In this document: piece by piece, positions 58,220-64,000 of the stretch
Layout of the letters: the number at the start of each line of letters is the position of its first letter
Numbering within the stretch: the first letter of the stretch is position 1
Origin: the human T2T-CHM13v2.0 reference genome, Homo sapiens
Reading direction: 5' to 3' (one strand)
NCBI RefSeq assembly: GCF_009914755.1
Contig: NC_060932.1
Length of the DNA: 64,000 nucleotides
The notes under the pieces: generated by a model
Told to the model about the DNA's origin: nothing
The model's database searches: none
Seen by the model: only the letters and a program-made list of their open reading frames with translations
Made by a program: the position numbers and the translations under genes

Positions 58220-59643
58220 TAAAAGTTTTCGGACTTCATTGACTTTATTTCTTCATGAGGATCCACTTAAAGCTGACATCCAAATACATTTTCACTGGGA
58301 ATGATTAATAAATGTTTCTCATAAATTGATAGGCTAGACCATATTTCTGTATCCAGTCACCTTCTCAAAGAGGTTAACAAAACAGAACATCATCATGTTT
58401 GGGAGGAGGAGGTGTGTAACTTTCCCATTTTCACTAAGAAAATAGTTTGTCCCTTTCTGTTCTTTCCACCTTCATGTGTTTTCTTGTTTGGTTCCATTTC
58501 TGCTCTGGTTAATGTATTTGAAGCCTCTGGTTTCCGTTCATCCAGGTGCCAGGAGCCACTGGTGTCCCCATCGCCTCATTTTCTTCCCCTAGGCAGGGCT
58601 TCTCCTCAGCATCTCATTGACCCCATTGTTCAAAGTTCTTGCCAATCCTCCCATCCATGGATTTCAATATGTAAACCCCATCTTGACAACTACTTGCTGA
58701 GTGAATATTAGAGAAATAGGATCGTTTCACATAAACATCTGCTACTTCATTCTAGAACTTAAAAGTTTGTGATTCCAGTTAAAGCAGACGAGCCTGTTTT
58801 TCAGGGGATTGCAGAGGACAGAGGTGAGGGGTGTGTGTGTATTCCTGCTGCTTTGCCAAGTCTCCCACCTCCTCCAAGTCACTAAGAATGGGGACACCTG
58901 GCCAGCTACTCAGCAAGACATCAGATTCTGGGAGGCAGATGAGAAAAGCAGGGAGAGATTGGCTTTTTGGCACTTGCATCTCTGCAGTTCAGCTGGTCTG
59001 GGCCTGGGCTAAGTGACTGTTACTGGCTACAGGTTCTGGATAATGAGTTCAGAGACTGGGATCCATTGACAGGCACTTGGTTGACTTTGTCTCTACAGTT
59101 TTTCAATTAAGTAGATTGTTCTTCTGAAGGCAATTTTGAAACATCCAAATTTTGGTGGGACAGAGCAATTGCCGGTATTGTTAGGTTATTTGGTAGCATC
59201 TGAGGATGGGGAAAAGAAAAACAATACAAAGTGGATCTGTTCCCTTTTAAAATTTTGTTTTTCCACAGTCATCTCTCTTCTTACAAAATCCTGTCTCACC
59301 CCTGATGATCTTACGAAAAACACTCTTTTGTTCTTCAAGTTATAAGAAAACAAACCGTGGAAAGTAGCTGATTTTCATTAAAAACTGATGAATGCTTGGG
59401 TCAAATCTCCTAATTACAGAGATCAAAGGAGACTAATAAATTTTAACTCAAAGTTCTTTTTTTCTTCAAAAGAATAGCCTTCAGTGAAAACAAGTACTTC
59501 CTAACCCAATAAAGAAATCTGCAACAATCCATTCTCCTAGCTAATTTACTTAAGAGTTGTGTTTGTTTAAATTACACATGCTCTGGTGTGTCTGGCCTTC
59601 CCTTTCTTCTTTACAACTCAAGCCAGTGAAATACCAACAGGGT

Positions 59644-61190
<1,547 letters not shown>

Positions 61191-61236
61191 GGGGGAGGAA
61201 GTATGTAGTTTAAGAATATATGGGCACTAGCATCTG

Positions 61237-61854
61237 TGTGGTAGGTAGAATTCTAAAATTGTCCAAAGATTCCTGACCCTTGGTGTGCATGCCTTCCCCT
61301 TGATGTAGGCAGGAGTGGTGAATATGATGGAATTTTACTCCAGTGAATAGATTACATTATATAGCAAAGGTGAAGAGGTTTTGCAGATTAATTAAGGTTG
61401 GCTTTGAGTTCATTGAAAGGGAATTTATCCTGGGTAGGCCTGACCTAATCAAGTGAGCCATTCAAAAGAGAATACAGGCCTTTGCTGAAAGGAGAGATCT
61501 GAAGCAGTGGAGACCTTCTCTTATTGGCCATGAAGAAGCAATTTGCTATGTTGTGGAGAAAGTTGTATGCCAGGAGCAGTGGGTGGCTTCTAGGAGCTGA
61601 AGGCCTTAGTCTCACAACCACAAGCCACTGGATTCTGCCAGCAAATGGTAAGCTTGAAAGAAGATCCCAAGCCTCATATGAAATTGCAGTCCTGGCTGAC
61701 ATAATCATTTTAGCCTCATGAGACCTTGAGCAGAGACCTCAGCTAAAATGTGCCCAAACTTCTGACCCATAGAAATGGTGAGATAATAAATGGGTGTTGT
61801 TTCAAGACACTAAATTTGTGGTAATATGTTATACAACAGGAAAAAACTAATACA
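61237..61854 (+). mobile_element. MLT1E-type MaLR solo LTR inserted in a MIR
   Basis: TGTGGTAGGTAGAATTCTAAAATTG...AAATTTGTGGTAAT...AACTAATACA; 5-bp TSD ATCTG at 61232-61236 and 61855-61859. Confidence 0.9.
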
Positions 61855-62541
61855 ATCTGATAGGCTTGTATTGAATTCCTGTTCTTTAGTTACTACAAAT
61901 GTGATCTTGGACTTAACCTCTCTGAGCCTGAGTTTCCTCATCTGTAAAATGGGTAATACCTACCGGTAAAATGAGTAATAGTAAAACCTACCTTATGGTA
62001 CATTTGTGAGGGTTAAATATACTCAGTACATTTGAGTTGAATGAATGAATGATGCTGAGTCACTTTAAAGAACAAATATAGCACATGTACCGTCTGAACC
62101 TCAAGTAAAAAAATTTTTTAAAAAGAACAGGTATAAACACAGCCTTTTCATCTGATTTTTTTTTTCTAATTTAGTGCTGGTATAATCCTAGTTCACTCAT
62201 ATATAAAATTAGGTACCACCTAGATGACATTTTAGGTGCCTTCTAGTTATACATTCTATAATGCTGATAATCTTGAGATAAGGTCTTAGAATAATAATCT
62301 TAAAGTTGCAAAAAAAAATTAGTATTCTTAAAGAGTACCCTAAAAGAGATATTTGTTAATGAGATATTCTTCTTTCCTGAGCCTCTCTCTTGAACCAGTC
62401 ACTATCCCCAACACAATACCATCAGGTATTAATATCCAGATGTCTGCACTGACATTGATAGCATTAGTGCAAAGGTTTTGCCAGCTGAAAATGCAAAATA
62501 GTCTTTGATCAAATGTTAAAGACACATTTGGATTTCTTTGA

Positions 62542-62835
62542 TTTTTTTTTTTTTTTTTTAGATGGAGTTTCCCTGTTGCCCAGGCTGGAGTACAGTGGCA
62601 TGATCTCGGCTTGCTGCAACATCCGCCTCCCGGATGTTCAAGCGATTCTTTTGCCTCAGCCTCCCAAGAGGCTTGGGCTGCAGGCACGCACCACCGCACC
62701 TGGCTAATTTTTATATTTTTAGTAGAGACAGGTTTTGCCAGGTTGGCCAGGCTGGTCTTGAACTCCTGACCTCAAATGATCCACCCACCTCGGCCAAAGT
62801 GCTGAGATTACAGGTGTGAGCCACCGCACCCGGCC
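62542..62835 (-). mobile_element. AluS
   Basis: Antisense dimer; TSD TCTTTGA. Confidence 0.9.
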
Positions 62836-63451
62836 TCTTTGAATATTAATATATCCTAGTAATATGAGGAATATGACCTAAAAGTAGAAATAAAGAAGTA
62901 CATATACTTAACAGGTGATGAGATTTTGTTTTACTTATGCTTTACTTATGCTTTTCTCTGAAATGCCATGGGAGATTCAGTCCCTAATATTTGGCAGAGG
63001 GAGGTGATAAGGAATCCTTCTATAACTGTTGCTGCTGCTGTTTGGGCAAGTGGAATATATATACATACATTTTATTATGAACACAAATGTAAATACTGAC
63101 TTACCATTGGGATGTTGGCAACTGTCTGTCAACTAAGATCCCAAAGGGATCCCGATGACTATCCAGAGATGTAGTTTATCTTTAGAGCTACCTTTCAACA
63201 TCAAGTGATATTCCAGACTTATCTACCTCTTAGCAAGAGGGAACAGTAGAATGCCCTCTCAGAGGTGCACGCCTTGGTGTGCTACGGGGAGGTCCATGTT
63301 GTGCCAGCACTATCTCTCCTCAGCCATAAGGCTCACGTTAAACTTCTCAGCCAAGAGCAGAAGATTGTGTTCCCTAAGAGGCCTCTGTTAACCATATACT
63401 ACCTGAGCAGCAGTTTGTGAAGAATGAAATCCAAAAAGAGCAACTAGTCAA

Positions 63452-63479
63452 GGTGTGTGAGTGTGTGTGTGTGTGTGTG
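63452..63479. repeat. (TG)n microsatellite
   Basis: Seen directly. Confidence 0.9.
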
Positions 63480-64000
63480 CCTCTGGGTGGGGAGAAATGG
63501 CACAACCATCTCTTCCTAACCCACCCCTGCTCCCAGCAGACACACCCATGGTCAGCTTGGCTGTACAGGGTGGAGATGGAATCACAAAGGGTCTTGCCAT
63601 GGTTAGGACAGCTCTGAGGGAAGTAAAGGCCCTGTGTCGCTCACAATAGTACAGCCTTGCCCTCCAAGGGAAGGGAGGAATGGGTGGGCCTGTGCAGGGA
63701 GTAGAGAGGGAGGTATCTGTGATTATCTAGGGGGAGAAAGGAAAGGCTGAATGCTCTCAGTCCCCGAAGATGCAGGAGCCTCAGACAGGCTGCAAATCCC
63801 CTCCTCCACATGGTGACCACAGCCAGAACAGCCCCAGAAGCTGCAGCTCCTTCACTGCAGCTGTTCCAACACTGGGGTGGGCTCAGACCCAGGCAAAACA
63901 CCAGGTCCCAAGATACACTTGGTTTATGAAAGGCCTCCCTTCCCCTTCATGATGGGGTGCAGTGTGGGGTAGAAAACGCCCATGTCCCTGCCTCTGGGAC

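Noticed and set aside
63340-63460. Possible exon ending CAAG|GTGTGT before the (TG)n repeat
   Set aside because: Weak donor, no clear acceptor and no recognisable peptide

Overview
Primate (most likely human or great ape) non-coding genomic DNA, probably a large intron or intergenic stretch in an Alu-dense region. I could not identify the locus. I see no intact protein-coding gene and no CpG-island promoter. Most ORFs in the supplied track are Alu, simple-repeat or decayed L1 read-throughs, and the rest resemble no protein I recognise. By my manual count there are about 75 Alu or Alu-monomer copies (roughly 30% of the window), from a FAM monomer to a near-consensus young AluY. Other repeats are L1 and L2 remnants, MIRs, LTRs (MER41A, LTR33, LTR16, MLT1) and DNA-transposon fossils (MER5, MER1B, MER45A, MER91, MER81, Tigger3, MER47A, MER53, MER46C, MADE1). 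Two retrocopies are recognisable: a full-length decayed RPS20 processed pseudogene (36476-37003, minus) and a Y3 RNA pseudogene (15092-15184, minus). Repeat-free blocks near 12.1-12.9, 15.9-16.4, 21.8-22.75, 24.2-24.7, 40.1-40.3 and 51.5-52.35 kb are candidate regulatory or exonic sequence. I find no evidence of a new biological system. The most unusual signals are small: a 40-bp TSD-flanked insert carrying an RFX X-box, recurrent fold-back (snap-back) scars in Alus, composite insertions under one TSD pair, and two candidate unannotated exon structures. Repeat family calls come from recalled consensus sequences, not a search. Boundaries are approximate unless a TSD is quoted.
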